Shown here: piece by piece, positions 1-8,418 of the stretch
Position numbering within the stretch: position 1 is the first letter of the stretch
Layout: each line of letters opens with the position of its first letter
Origin: Myxococcota bacterium
GTDB lineage: Bacteria; Myxococcota_A; Polyangia; Nannocystales; Nannocystaceae
Length of the DNA stretch: 64,000 nucleotides
Assembly (NCBI GenBank): GCA_039028615.1
Contig: JBCCHT010000022.1
Coordinates: 147,026-211,025, forward strand
Reading direction: 5' to 3'
Position numbers and translations under genes: made by a program
Notes under the pieces: generated by a model
Told to the model about the DNA's origin: nothing
Databases searched by the model: none
The model's input: only the letters and a program-made list of their open reading frames with translations

Positions 1-452
1 CTGAGCAGCAAGGCGGACGCGTCGAGCACATCGAGCGCGTGCTCCTGTTCCCGCTCCCGCGCCATGTCGTCCAGGCAGTCACCCGCCGCTCCCATGGCCC
101 ACACGTTGAACTGAAAGCGATCCTCGTCGAGCAGGTGATCGGTCAGGTCTCGCAGCTGTGGGTGCGCGACCCAGGAGTCGCCCTCGCACAGAATGATCGG
201 CCAGTCGGGGTGGTTGCGCCGCCGCCAACGAAAGCGGCGGACGCGGAGACGACGTTCCGCCGCATTGGCCACGCCGATGAGGCGACGCACCCAGTCGTCG
301 TCGTGATCGGCGTGCTCCTCGACCACCGGACACCAGTCGTAGGTCAATGGAGCGCGAGGCACCGGATGAAAGTGCTCGTGCAGGGTGGCTTCGACGACCC
401 CGTCGTCGTCACTCTCGAGGCGCTCGCGTAGCTCGTGCTCGTCGACCGTCAT
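1..452 (-). CDS. SGNH/GDSL-type hydrolase (5' part; runs off the window edge)
   Basis: Own translation from ATG at 452: MTVDEHELRERLE...IILCEGDSWVAHP...MGAAGDCL...SALLLS. It has the block I GDS motif and the lead-in to block III. Not in the ORF track because it is truncated. Confidence 0.7.
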   Translation of the reverse strand, partial: MTVDEHELRERLESDDDGVVEATLHEHFHPVPRAPLTYDWCPVVEEHADHDDDWVRRLIGVANAAERRLRVRRFRWRRRNHPDWPIILCEGDSWVAHPQLRDLTDHLLDEDRFQFNVWAMGAAGDCLDDMAREREQEHALDVLDASALLL

Positions 453-460
453 CAGCCCCG

Positions 461-1351
461 TCAGGATAACGTCGGTTCGGCCGACGATCCTACATGGGCG
501 ACGATGATGTGCACCGGAGAGCGGAGGCGGGCCAGGCGGGGCTGGGTGCCGTAGTGCGACTCGGGTCGGACCTCCTCGTACCCGTCGAACCCGGCCTCCC
601 GCAGCGCCCGGCCCAGCGCGTCGAGATCGGCGAAGGGATCGAGCGCGCGGCGGCGGCGGGTGAGCACGCGAATGGCTCCGCGCAGGGCTTTGACGGGCCC
701 GCCCACCCGCTGCTGCGCGACCTTGGTGTGCAGGTCGGCGACCAGCATTCCGCCGCCCGCCTCGCGCAGCCCGGCCGCCACCGACGCGAGCACCTCGCAG
801 CGCGGCCCGGGATCGAAGTAGCTGAGCAGCCCCTCGGCCACGACCACCGGCCGATCGTTGCCTCGAATCCGCGCCGCGAGCTCGGACGAGAACGCGGGAT
901 CGAGCACATCGGCGTCGTGGACCTCGTGCCGAGACCCCATCGAGGTGCGCATGGAAGCAGGTAGCTGTGCGATGCGACGGCGCTTGATCGAGGCCATGCT
1001 GGGCAGATCGAACTCGATGCCGGGCACGCCTCGATCCGCCGCCCAGGTCACCGCGCGCCGGGTCAGCCCCGCGCCGAGCTCGACCACGCACCCGGGCTCG
1101 AGCGAATCCACCACCGCCTCCATCAGCCGATGGCGATACTCCAAGTATTCGCGCATCGACGGCACACGCGGCGACAGCCGCGTCATCCACTCCCCCAGCG
1201 CAAAGAACCCCCAGTACAGCACCGCGCCCTGCCGCGTGGAGAAGTGCTCGGCATGGGGCAGCCCGAGGCGGTGCCACACGTACGCGGTGTAGTGCGCGGT
1301 AGGACCGATGCGCTCCGCGTCTTGCTCGGAGAGGCTCGCGTCGGAAGTCAT
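461..1351 (-). CDS. Class I SAM-dependent methyltransferase (leucine carboxyl methyltransferase-like family)
   Basis: VVELGAGLTRR motif I, IEFDLP, VVVAEGLLSYF. Start moved to MTSDAS (1351), 7 nt after a TATGCT box. Confidence 0.85.
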   Translation of the reverse strand: MTSDASLSEQDAERIGPTAHYTAYVWHRLGLPHAEHFSTRQGAVLYWGFFALGEWMTRLSPRVPSMREYLEYRHRLMEAVVDSLEPGCVVELGAGLTRRAVTWAADRGVPGIEFDLPSMASIKRRRIAQLPASMRTSMGSRHEVHDADVLDPAFSSELAARIRGNDRPVVVAEGLLSYFDPGPRCEVLASVAAGLREAGGGMLVADLHTKVAQQRVGGPVKALRGAIRVLTRRRRALDPFADLDALGRALREAGFDGYEEVRPESHYGTQPRLARLRSPVHIIVAHVGSSAEPTLS

Positions 1352-1443
1352 GCGGCGCAGCATAATGCACACGCGCCCGCGGTTGGTTCGCGCGGCGTTC
1401 CGCCCCCGTGATCGTTTGCCCGCGTCGACACACTCACCATGAC

Positions 1444-2361
1444 GTGTTGAACAAAGCGCCGTCGTTCGTCCTGAGTCTCGCCCTGTTCGCGCCGTCGTTG
1501 GCATGCACCGTGGAGCCCGATCCGATCTCCGAGTCCCTGGAGGACTTGGAGACCTTCCGCGACGCCACCGACCCCACCGTGCTGGTCCACGGGCTGACCC
1601 GGCGGGACATCCTGCCTCCGCTGATCATCGTGTTCGTGGGGGACATTGCCGCGCTCGGCTGCGGGCCGCTCGACGAGGTGTGCACGGGTCTCGACGACCA
1701 GAAGAAGGAAAAGGACACCGTCTGCACGGAGTGCTCGTTGTCGTGCACGGGCAGTCGCAATCCCGACGATTCCTGGAACGGCGCGGGCGATTGCGCCGAG
1801 AAGAGCAAGGCCGGCAGCGACACACACGAGCACACCCAGGAGGGGCAGGACTTCCCCAAGCTCGTGATCGAGTACGACTACGAGATCGAGTCCAAGGAGA
1901 TCGCCCACGCGTCGGTCGGCGGAGACGTGCCCGGAGCGGTGGGCTCCGATCCCGACCTGTTCATCGATCGGCGCGTCGTGTGGAGCTACACCTTCGAGTA
2001 CACCAAGGTCACCCTGTGGCTGGCCGCCGACGACTCGCATGCTCTGCAGGTGCCCGCTCCGCTGACGGGTGAGTACGCGGGGTGCTCGTTCGTGGCCGGC
2101 AAGTCCTGCGGAGGCGGCACGGGGACCGGGACCGGCACCGGGACTGGGACAAGCACCGGGACTGGGACAAGCACTGGGACCGGCACAAGCACGGGCACCA
2201 GCACGTGGGGCGGAACTGCGGGAGGCGATGACACCTGGACTGGCGGGGGCACGGGCGGCGACGCAACGGCGAGCGCGAGCGAGACCGGAGGCTACGAGTG
2301 GGGTCTGGAGACGGGATTCATCGAGACCACCGCGGCGGGCACCTGGGGCACGGGCGGCTAG
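1444..2361 (+). CDS. Hypothetical Cys-containing lipoprotein with a Gly-Thr-rich C-terminal tail
   Basis: Hydrophobic signal ending SLA-C (lipobox); GC-biased codon usage; start approximate. Confidence 0.65.
   Translation: MLNKAPSFVLSLALFAPSLACTVEPDPISESLEDLETFRDATDPTVLVHGLTRRDILPPLIIVFVGDIAALGCGPLDEVCTGLDDQKKEKDTVCTECSLSCTGSRNPDDSWNGAGDCAEKSKAGSDTHEHTQEGQDFPKLVIEYDYEIESKEIAHASVGGDVPGAVGSDPDLFIDRRVVWSYTFEYTKVTLWLAADDSHALQVPAPLTGEYAGCSFVAGKSCGGGTGTGTGTGTGTSTGTGTSTGTGTSTGTSTWGGTAGGDDTWTGGGTGGDATASASETGGYEWGLETGFIETTAAGTWGTGG
2116..2205 (+). repeat. Coding tandem repeat encoding (GT)n/(GTGTST)n
   Basis: Repeated ggcacc/gggact units, including a duplicated ~18-nt unit (caccgggactgggacaag). Confidence 0.8.
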
Positions 2362-2472
2362 CCACGCCCGAAGAACGGTGTCCGCGAGTCCGGCCCCTCG
2401 GACGACCGACGGCGCCCCCTCGTTCCCGAATCCAGCCGCTCGACGCTTCGGCATTTGCGGTATCGTGCCGCC

Positions 2473-3015
2473 ATGCGTCGACGCGTGTTTGCCCAGTCGG
2501 TGGTGATGACCTTCTCGATCGCCGAGCTCGCGTGTGCGGGCAGCGGCGGCGAGCCCCTGCCCGGCAACCCCCCGCCTCCGGCCGACGGCGGGGCCGCGCC
2601 CGCGGACGACGGCACGCCAGCTGGCGACGAAGGCAAGACGGTCAACCCTCCGCCTCCCGTGGACAGCGGTGCGCCAGCCGATGGCGGTGCCCCGGCCGAT
2701 GGCGGTGATGGGGCAGCACCCCCCGCCGATGGCGCCGACACGACCGCGCCGACCACCAAGACCACCGTCGACCAGCGCGCAGACGGGACCTGCTGGGAGA
2801 CGGTCGTCATCGACTGCCCGCCGGGCGTCGCCTGCAACCCTCCCCCGCCCAAGGAGGTCCCCTGCCCCGACGCCATGCTGCCCGACGCCGAGGTGGCCGC
2901 CAACGTCGTCCGGCGTGACAACGGCAGCTGCTGGGAGATGAAGGACATCAAGTGCCCCGAGGGCGCCACGTGCAACCCGCCCCCGCCGCGCCAGGTCAAG
3001 TGTCCGCCGAAGTAG
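2473..3015 (+). CDS. Putative lipoprotein with two 32-aa four-Cys repeats (CW-x6-CPxGxxCNPPPPxxVxCP) and three NPPPP motifs
   Basis: MRRRVFAQSVVMTFSIAELA-C leader; repeats at 2773-2868 and 2911-3006; TATCGT 6 nt upstream of ATG. Confidence 0.75.
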   Translation: MRRRVFAQSVVMTFSIAELACAGSGGEPLPGNPPPPADGGAAPADDGTPAGDEGKTVNPPPPVDSGAPADGGAPADGGDGAAPPADGADTTAPTTKTTVDQRADGTCWETVVIDCPPGVACNPPPPKEVPCPDAMLPDAEVAANVVRRDNGSCWEMKDIKCPEGATCNPPPPRQVKCPPK

Positions 3016-3695
3016 CGACGAGCAAAGTCGCCCACGAGTGGCTGCGCCGGGTCGAAGCCGAGTACACCTCGGCCGCGATCACGCAAGAACTCGTGCTGTG
3101 GCTGATCCGGCTCGGTGCTCCGCCCGAGCTCATCACCGATGGCCTGCGCATCGTCGAAGACGAGCTCACCCACGCCAAGATGAGCCACGACGTGGCCCGA
3201 GCGGCCGGCCTCGACGAGCGCCCGCAGCTCGTTCAAGAGCGCCTGGGCCTGCCGCGGGACGCATCTCGCCCTCTGCTCGTGGACGTCGCCCTGCACGGGG
3301 TGGAGGTCTTCTGCCTGGGCGAGACGGTGGCCGTTCCGCTGTTCGTCGCCATGCGGGAGGGCTGCACGGTGCCCGTCGCCCGCGAGGCCCTCGACCGCAT
3401 CGTCCGCGACGAAGTCCGCCACCGCGACTTCGGCTGGAGCCTGCTCGACTGGCTCGTCGAGGCCGCGGGCGACCCCATCCGCGAGCGCGTGCAGCAGGCC
3501 CTGCCCGGCATGCTCGCTCGAGTCCGCCGCAACTACGGGCAATCCGACTTCGACCAACGCCACGACGAGCCCACCGACACCGACGCCGCCTGGGGGCTCA
3601 TCCCCACGCCGCGCTACGCCGAGATCCTCGAGCGCTGCATTACCCGGGACTACGCGCCACGCTTCGAACGCGTCGGCCTGACCCTGTCCCTGTGA
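3000..3695 (+). CDS. Ferritin-like di-iron carboxylate protein
   Basis: E...DExxH / E...DExxH ligand pattern: EAEYTSA, EDELTH, GETVA, RDEVRH. GTG at 3000 overlaps the upstream ORF by 16 nt. Confidence 0.85.
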   Translation: MSAEVATSKVAHEWLRRVEAEYTSAAITQELVLWLIRLGAPPELITDGLRIVEDELTHAKMSHDVARAAGLDERPQLVQERLGLPRDASRPLLVDVALHGVEVFCLGETVAVPLFVAMREGCTVPVAREALDRIVRDEVRHRDFGWSLLDWLVEAAGDPIRERVQQALPGMLARVRRNYGQSDFDQRHDEPTDTDAAWGLIPTPRYAEILERCITRDYAPRFERVGLTLSL

Positions 3696-3701
3696 GCCGG
3701 G

Positions 3702-5111
3702 TCAGCCCAGACCATCGTTGCCGCCCGGACACAGCGTGACGGTGTAGTTCATCGTGTTCGGGTTCTCCGTGCTCGGATCCGGCGTCGCGCAAGTGAAGGT
3801 GCTCGTGGCGTCGTCGAAGGGGAAGCTATAGGCAGTGGGGCATGCCTCTTTGACAAAGCGCGCCCAGGGCTCGGCCAGCGCCGTCCACTCCGGGTTGGTG
3901 TCGTAGCAGGTGAAGCCCGGCGGAACGGGCAGCGTGCTGCCGTCGATCATCCACTCGGGGCAGCCACAGCAGGTCGGGTTGGCCGCGCCCATGTTGTAGC
4001 AAGAGTTGGGGTTGAAGCCGTTGCAGCCGTACAGGTCGGTGACCATGCCCTGGCCCGGCACCGCCCCCGAACAGTTCACGGGCGCGCCCGCCGTGTTGGC
4101 GGTGTAGATGCACAGCTCGTCCGCCGTCCACCAGCCCAATGGAGCGCCGCACACCGTCTCGATGGTCGAGCCGCCGAAGGTGATGGCCGTGCCGCAGACC
4201 AGCCCGGCCCCGCACTCGTCGTCGCTCGTGCAGGCCGTGCCCCCGGGGGCGACCGCCTGCAGCAGCGTGCTCTGGTCGGTGGACATGCCGTCGAGCTCGA
4301 TCTGCGGGTCGAAGTTCCACGAGCACCCGAGCAGCCCGCTGGCGCTCCCCGTAGCCGACCCCGCCGTCTCGCAGGTGTAGGGGTCGTCGCCTCCCTGCGT
4401 CCCGCCGTCGGGGCCCATCGAGATCGGGATGTTGGCCCCGTTGATGATCGAGATGTCGTAGAAATCCGAGCCGTCGAAGGAGAACGTGAACTCGGCCAGG
4501 CTCGCCGGTCCCTGCGGTCCGACTCCGTTCGCACACGGCTGCACCACCGTCATGCCCGCCTCGGACACGCCACACATCGCGGTCTGACACCCGCTGCCGT
4601 CGCTCTCACACTGGGTGCTGGCGTAGAGGTTGCCGCTCCACTTGACGTTGATCGTCTGGCCCGACGCCGCCCCGCTCGTGATGGCCTGCATGATCGGCGG
4701 CGCCGTCAGCTCGTAGGTGACCGAGTCTCCCGCCGCGAGCACGGGGCTGCCCGAGCTCGGCGCAGGGAAGTCCCAAAAGCACCCGGGGGGGTCTCGCGTG
4801 GTCAGGCAGGAGGTCCCGTCGGGGCACGAATCGCCCGCGCCGCAGTCCTCCACGTAGCCGCCGTTGATCCCCACAACCACGGTCTGCCCCGCGCACTCGC
4901 TGGTCACGGTGACCACCCGATCGCCGTTGGCCGGATCGATCCCCGAGCCGCCCTCGGCGGTCTCGTCCGCGCTGGCCGACGAGCCATCGGTGGACACCGA
5001 GCTGTCGGTGGCCGCCGACTGGGTGTCGGAGCCTCCCGTGTCATCGCTGCAGCCGGCGCTCCCGATCGTCACCAGCAAGCAACCGACTCCCCATCCGCTA
5101 CGCCACCGCAT
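3702..5111 (-). CDS. Thaumatin-like (PR-5 fold) lipoprotein
   Basis: Lipobox SAG-C; SLAEFT, DFYDISIINGANIP, KEACPTAYSFPFDDATSTFTC and NYTVTLCP match thaumatin-family signatures; many Cys. Confidence 0.9.
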   Translation of the reverse strand: MRWRSGWGVGCLLVTIGSAGCSDDTGGSDTQSAATDSSVSTDGSSASADETAEGGSGIDPANGDRVVTVTSECAGQTVVVGINGGYVEDCGAGDSCPDGTSCLTTRDPPGCFWDFPAPSSGSPVLAAGDSVTYELTAPPIMQAITSGAASGQTINVKWSGNLYASTQCESDGSGCQTAMCGVSEAGMTVVQPCANGVGPQGPASLAEFTFSFDGSDFYDISIINGANIPISMGPDGGTQGGDDPYTCETAGSATGSASGLLGCSWNFDPQIELDGMSTDQSTLLQAVAPGGTACTSDDECGAGLVCGTAITFGGSTIETVCGAPLGWWTADELCIYTANTAGAPVNCSGAVPGQGMVTDLYGCNGFNPNSCYNMGAANPTCCGCPEWMIDGSTLPVPPGFTCYDTNPEWTALAEPWARFVKEACPTAYSFPFDDATSTFTCATPDPSTENPNTMNYTVTLCPGGNDGLG

Positions 5112-5196
5112 TGCACGATGATAGCGCCCGGCGGGCGGCCAATGGCGCGCATCGGTGCCCCGCGTTCGAGGGGTTGCGATCGGGACTCGCGTCGAG

Positions 5197-5913
5197 TCAG
5201 CGCACCAACATGCGCTCGGCGGCGTCGTCGGAGATGGCCAGCTGCGACGCGACCTCGATGAACAACGCGCGCTCCCGCTCCCCTTCGGCGCTCGCCCGAA
5301 CCAGCGGCACCAGGGCCATCAGCGCGATACTGCGTTCCTCGCCGTCCATGGCCAGCAATTGAGCCACGATGCCCTCGAGCGCAGGCGGCTCGTGGCGCAG
5401 GGCCAGCAGCGCGGGGCGGCGCCCCTCGGCGACGGGCAGTCGCTCGGTCAACGCATCGAGCTCTTCCGCCTCGGCCGGATCGAGCTGACCGTCGAGATTG
5501 GCCAGGATGGCCGCGAACCCGGCGACGAGCTCGGAACGCTTGTGTGCTTGCGCCAGCCACAGTGCGCGAAGACGCGCAGCCTCGTCGGTGGGCAGCCCCA
5601 GCTTGGTGGCGAGCTCGTCGTGCACCTGTGTTTCTTGTTCGCTGCCCTCGCCGTCGGCCAGCGCCATGCGCCACGCCTTCTCGAGGATGGGCTCGACGAA
5701 GAACGGCATGGGCGGCGCCAGCGAGTCGAGATGCGCCGACAAACGCTGTCGATCGGCCAGCAGCTCGATCCACGCGGTCGCGTCCTCTTGGCGGAGGCGC
5801 TCGTCGAGCATCCACAGCACCCGATCCCACTCCCCGGCCTCCAAGATCCCATCGGCATGGGCCACGAGACCGCACGCGGCGAGGGTCCACTCTTGCTCGG
5901 GTGAAAGTGGCAT
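5197..5913 (-). CDS. TerB-like (tellurite resistance family) tandem-domain protein
   Basis: Repeated AxADG-x-L-x-x-x-E motifs (VAHADGILEAGE, ALADGEGSEQE, ANLDGQLDPAE). Confidence 0.75.
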   Translation of the reverse strand: MPLSPEQEWTLAACGLVAHADGILEAGEWDRVLWMLDERLRQEDATAWIELLADRQRLSAHLDSLAPPMPFFVEPILEKAWRMALADGEGSEQETQVHDELATKLGLPTDEAARLRALWLAQAHKRSELVAGFAAILANLDGQLDPAEAEELDALTERLPVAEGRRPALLALRHEPPALEGIVAQLLAMDGEERSIALMALVPLVRASAEGERERALFIEVASQLAISDDAAERMLVR

Positions 5914-5997
5914 GGCGATCAGGCTAGCAAGGGGAGCGCAGGCGAGCCACGATCGTATTTGTCAGGCTATCCTTTGCCGCGACGAGGGCATGAATCC

Positions 5998-7086
5998 GTG
6001 ACGACGACGAGTGCCAGAATGATGCGCCGCGAGGATGCGCCCGCCGTGGCCCGCATCGTTGCCGCCCGGCTCCGATCGGGACGCGAGGTCGACCTCGATC
6101 TCGTCGCACGACGCCTCGTTCGTTCGTACTTCGATCACCCCTGGCCCGACCCCGAGATTCGCCCCTGGATCTGCGAGACCAGCACCGGGCAAATCATCGG
6201 ATTTCTGGGCGTGACGGCCCGTCCACTGCGGTGGGGCCCGAGAACGCTGCGAGCCGCGATCATCGGCAACCTGGTCGTCGACGAGGAGCACGGCGGCGCC
6301 GGAGCGAGTCACACGATCATCAACGAGTTTCTGCAGGGCCCCCAAGACCTGGCGATCAGCGACCACGCCCTCGACGTCACGCGAAAGATTTCAGACCGCT
6401 TCGGCGGCGCCACCATTCGCCTGCTCAGCCTCGACTGGGATCTCCAGCTGCGCCCCGCCACCATCACCCTCGATCGCCGGATCGGCCGCCGCTTCAATCG
6501 CATGGCCCAAGGGTTGGCGCCCGTCGCTAACGCCATCGACACCCTTGGGCGTCGCTTCGAGCGCGGGCCCTGGTGGGTCGAGCGCAACGAATGCGAAGTC
6601 CGCCCCCTGACCATGGCGCGGCTCGCCGAGCTCGTCTCGCACCTGGGCGGCGACTCCATCACCCCCATCTACGACGCCGAGTCGCTCGCGTGGATCATGG
6701 CCACCCCTCGTGGCCACGGCGAAGGGCTGCGCGCCCGCGAGGTCCTCAACGAACGCGGACACACCCTGGGCTGCTTCGTGCACTACGTCGACCGCGACTC
6801 CGAGGTGCTGCACCTGGGCGCGGAACTCGGCGCCGGCGAGCGGGTCTTCGAGTGCCTCGTCGCCGATGCGATCTCGGCCAATGCCCGGGCCCTCAACGGG
6901 CGGATTTGCCCCCCGCTCATGCGAGAGATGTCGGCCAAGGGCGTGCGCTATCAGACCAACAGCTGGTTCATCCTGCACACCAAGCGCCCCGAGATCGTCG
7001 CCGCCTTCCACGGAGGCGACACGTATTTCTCGCGGCTCGACGGCGAGCGTTGGTCGATGCGCTTCGTCGACATCGCCGACGAGTGA
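5998..7086 (+). CDS. GNAT-fold acyltransferase-like protein
   Basis: GQIIGFLGV...AAIIGNLVVDEEHGGAG acyl-donor-binding motif A region; length fits a tandem GNAT fold. Confidence 0.7.
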   Translation: MTTTSARMMRREDAPAVARIVAARLRSGREVDLDLVARRLVRSYFDHPWPDPEIRPWICETSTGQIIGFLGVTARPLRWGPRTLRAAIIGNLVVDEEHGGAGASHTIINEFLQGPQDLAISDHALDVTRKISDRFGGATIRLLSLDWDLQLRPATITLDRRIGRRFNRMAQGLAPVANAIDTLGRRFERGPWWVERNECEVRPLTMARLAELVSHLGGDSITPIYDAESLAWIMATPRGHGEGLRAREVLNERGHTLGCFVHYVDRDSEVLHLGAELGAGERVFECLVADAISANARALNGRICPPLMREMSAKGVRYQTNSWFILHTKRPEIVAAFHGGDTYFSRLDGERWSMRFVDIADE

Positions 7087-7096
7087 GAAACCGTGT

Positions 7097-7996
7097 TCAG
7101 GCGGTGCTACTCGCGGCCACCCGAGGCGTGAACAGCCGCGCAATCCACTTGGGGTTGAAGCCGGAGAACGCGAACGAGCTGGAGATGTGCACGTAGCTCC
7201 ACAGGAAACACTGGAGCACCCAAAACTCGTAGGTCAGCGCGGAAAACACCCCAATGAGCGGGGTGAACACCAGAAAGAAGGCACTGACTGCGGCAGTTTG
7301 CCCCACGAACTTCACCCGCTGCTTCGTGTCGCGAAGTTGGTAGAGCGGCAGGTAGATCCACACGAACAAGTGATAGAAGGCCGCGTCGAAGAAGTGCACC
7401 TCGGTGAACAGCACGATGCACGAAGTCGCGACACCGGCCACTTCGAATCCGATGACATCGAGCAGGGCATTTCGTTCGAGTGACTTGGCCACTGGGACCA
7501 GGCAGATCACGAAGGCAACGAAACTCAGTCCGAGCACGCCGAACGCCATTACGAACGGAATCTCGACGACAGAGGTGACCCGGGGGTCGCGGATCATGAT
7601 GGTGCAGAAGCCCACGAAGGCCAGCACCACGCGCGAAATCAACAGTCGCGTCTGCGCCGGATCGAGCGAACCCGCCTTGCGCCCCACCACCATGTAGCCC
7701 TCCGTCAACGCGTGATGTGAGCCGAAATACACATACAGAGCGAGTGGAGGAAGCAGCAGGAACGGCGGGAGCATCAGCACCGGAGGCAGCACGACCAGCG
7801 CGATGAAACCGGCGAGCACCAGAAACGAAATCTGCCCGGTCACCACCGGTTTGACGCGCCGACGCCCGTACCACCCCGCCAAAACGTAGTGTCCGAACAG
7901 TACGGCGACGAAGAGCGAAAAGTACGACCACGGATCGACCAGCCATCGTAGACCGAGGATGCTGGCGACACTGGCGATTCGAATTAGCGTGAACAT
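7097..7996 (-). CDS. Polytopic membrane protein with His-containing motifs (possible membrane metalloenzyme)
   Basis: About 9-10 hydrophobic segments; motifs FGHY, YFGSHHALTE, FYH..VW, YVHISSS; purine-rich SD-like sequence before ATG 7996. Confidence 0.7.
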   Translation of the reverse strand: MFTLIRIASVASILGLRWLVDPWSYFSLFVAVLFGHYVLAGWYGRRRVKPVVTGQISFLVLAGFIALVVLPPVLMLPPFLLLPPLALYVYFGSHHALTEGYMVVGRKAGSLDPAQTRLLISRVVLAFVGFCTIMIRDPRVTSVVEIPFVMAFGVLGLSFVAFVICLVPVAKSLERNALLDVIGFEVAGVATSCIVLFTEVHFFDAAFYHLFVWIYLPLYQLRDTKQRVKFVGQTAAVSAFFLVFTPLIGVFSALTYEFWVLQCFLWSYVHISSSFAFSGFNPKWIARLFTPRVAASSTA

Positions 7997-8418
7997 TGAC
8001 CCCTCGCCTCCCCCTCGGCGCAACTGGTCACGCATTCACTTTTCATCACCGGTCGGAGTAGCTGAAAGCAGCAGGAGCGTCCAGCACAAATCCCCTCGAC
8101 GCGGCTCGCGAAGCTTGCCGATCCGATCAGGGTGTGGTCCCTTAAACGCTCACCTTGCACTGGCGCAACCGCACTCCAATCGAAACTCGACGGTTCCTGT
8201 TCTCGCTGCTGCGACCGCACGTTCCTGGGCTTGCGGCCGACCTGAGCAACGCGGCGCAGAACACCGATAACGTGCCACTGCCCGCACTATGCGAAGCACT
8301 GGGACAGTACTTCGGGCGTCCGCCCATCGACACGCCGTCTTCGCTCGCCGACTTCCTCGCGCGTGCCGACGAGCTGTCGGCGGAGCATGCTGCGCTCCCC
8401 CCTCGGGAGGCGGCTCGA

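Noticed and set aside
39..431. Plus-strand 130-aa ORF in the track
   Set aside because: Antisense to the minus-strand SGNH hydrolase frame, which has clear motifs.
8155..8167. 13-mer TTGCACTGGCGCA shared with 59740-59752
   Set aside because: A single 13-nt match is plausible by chance at this GC content, and the second copy overlaps a likely start codon.
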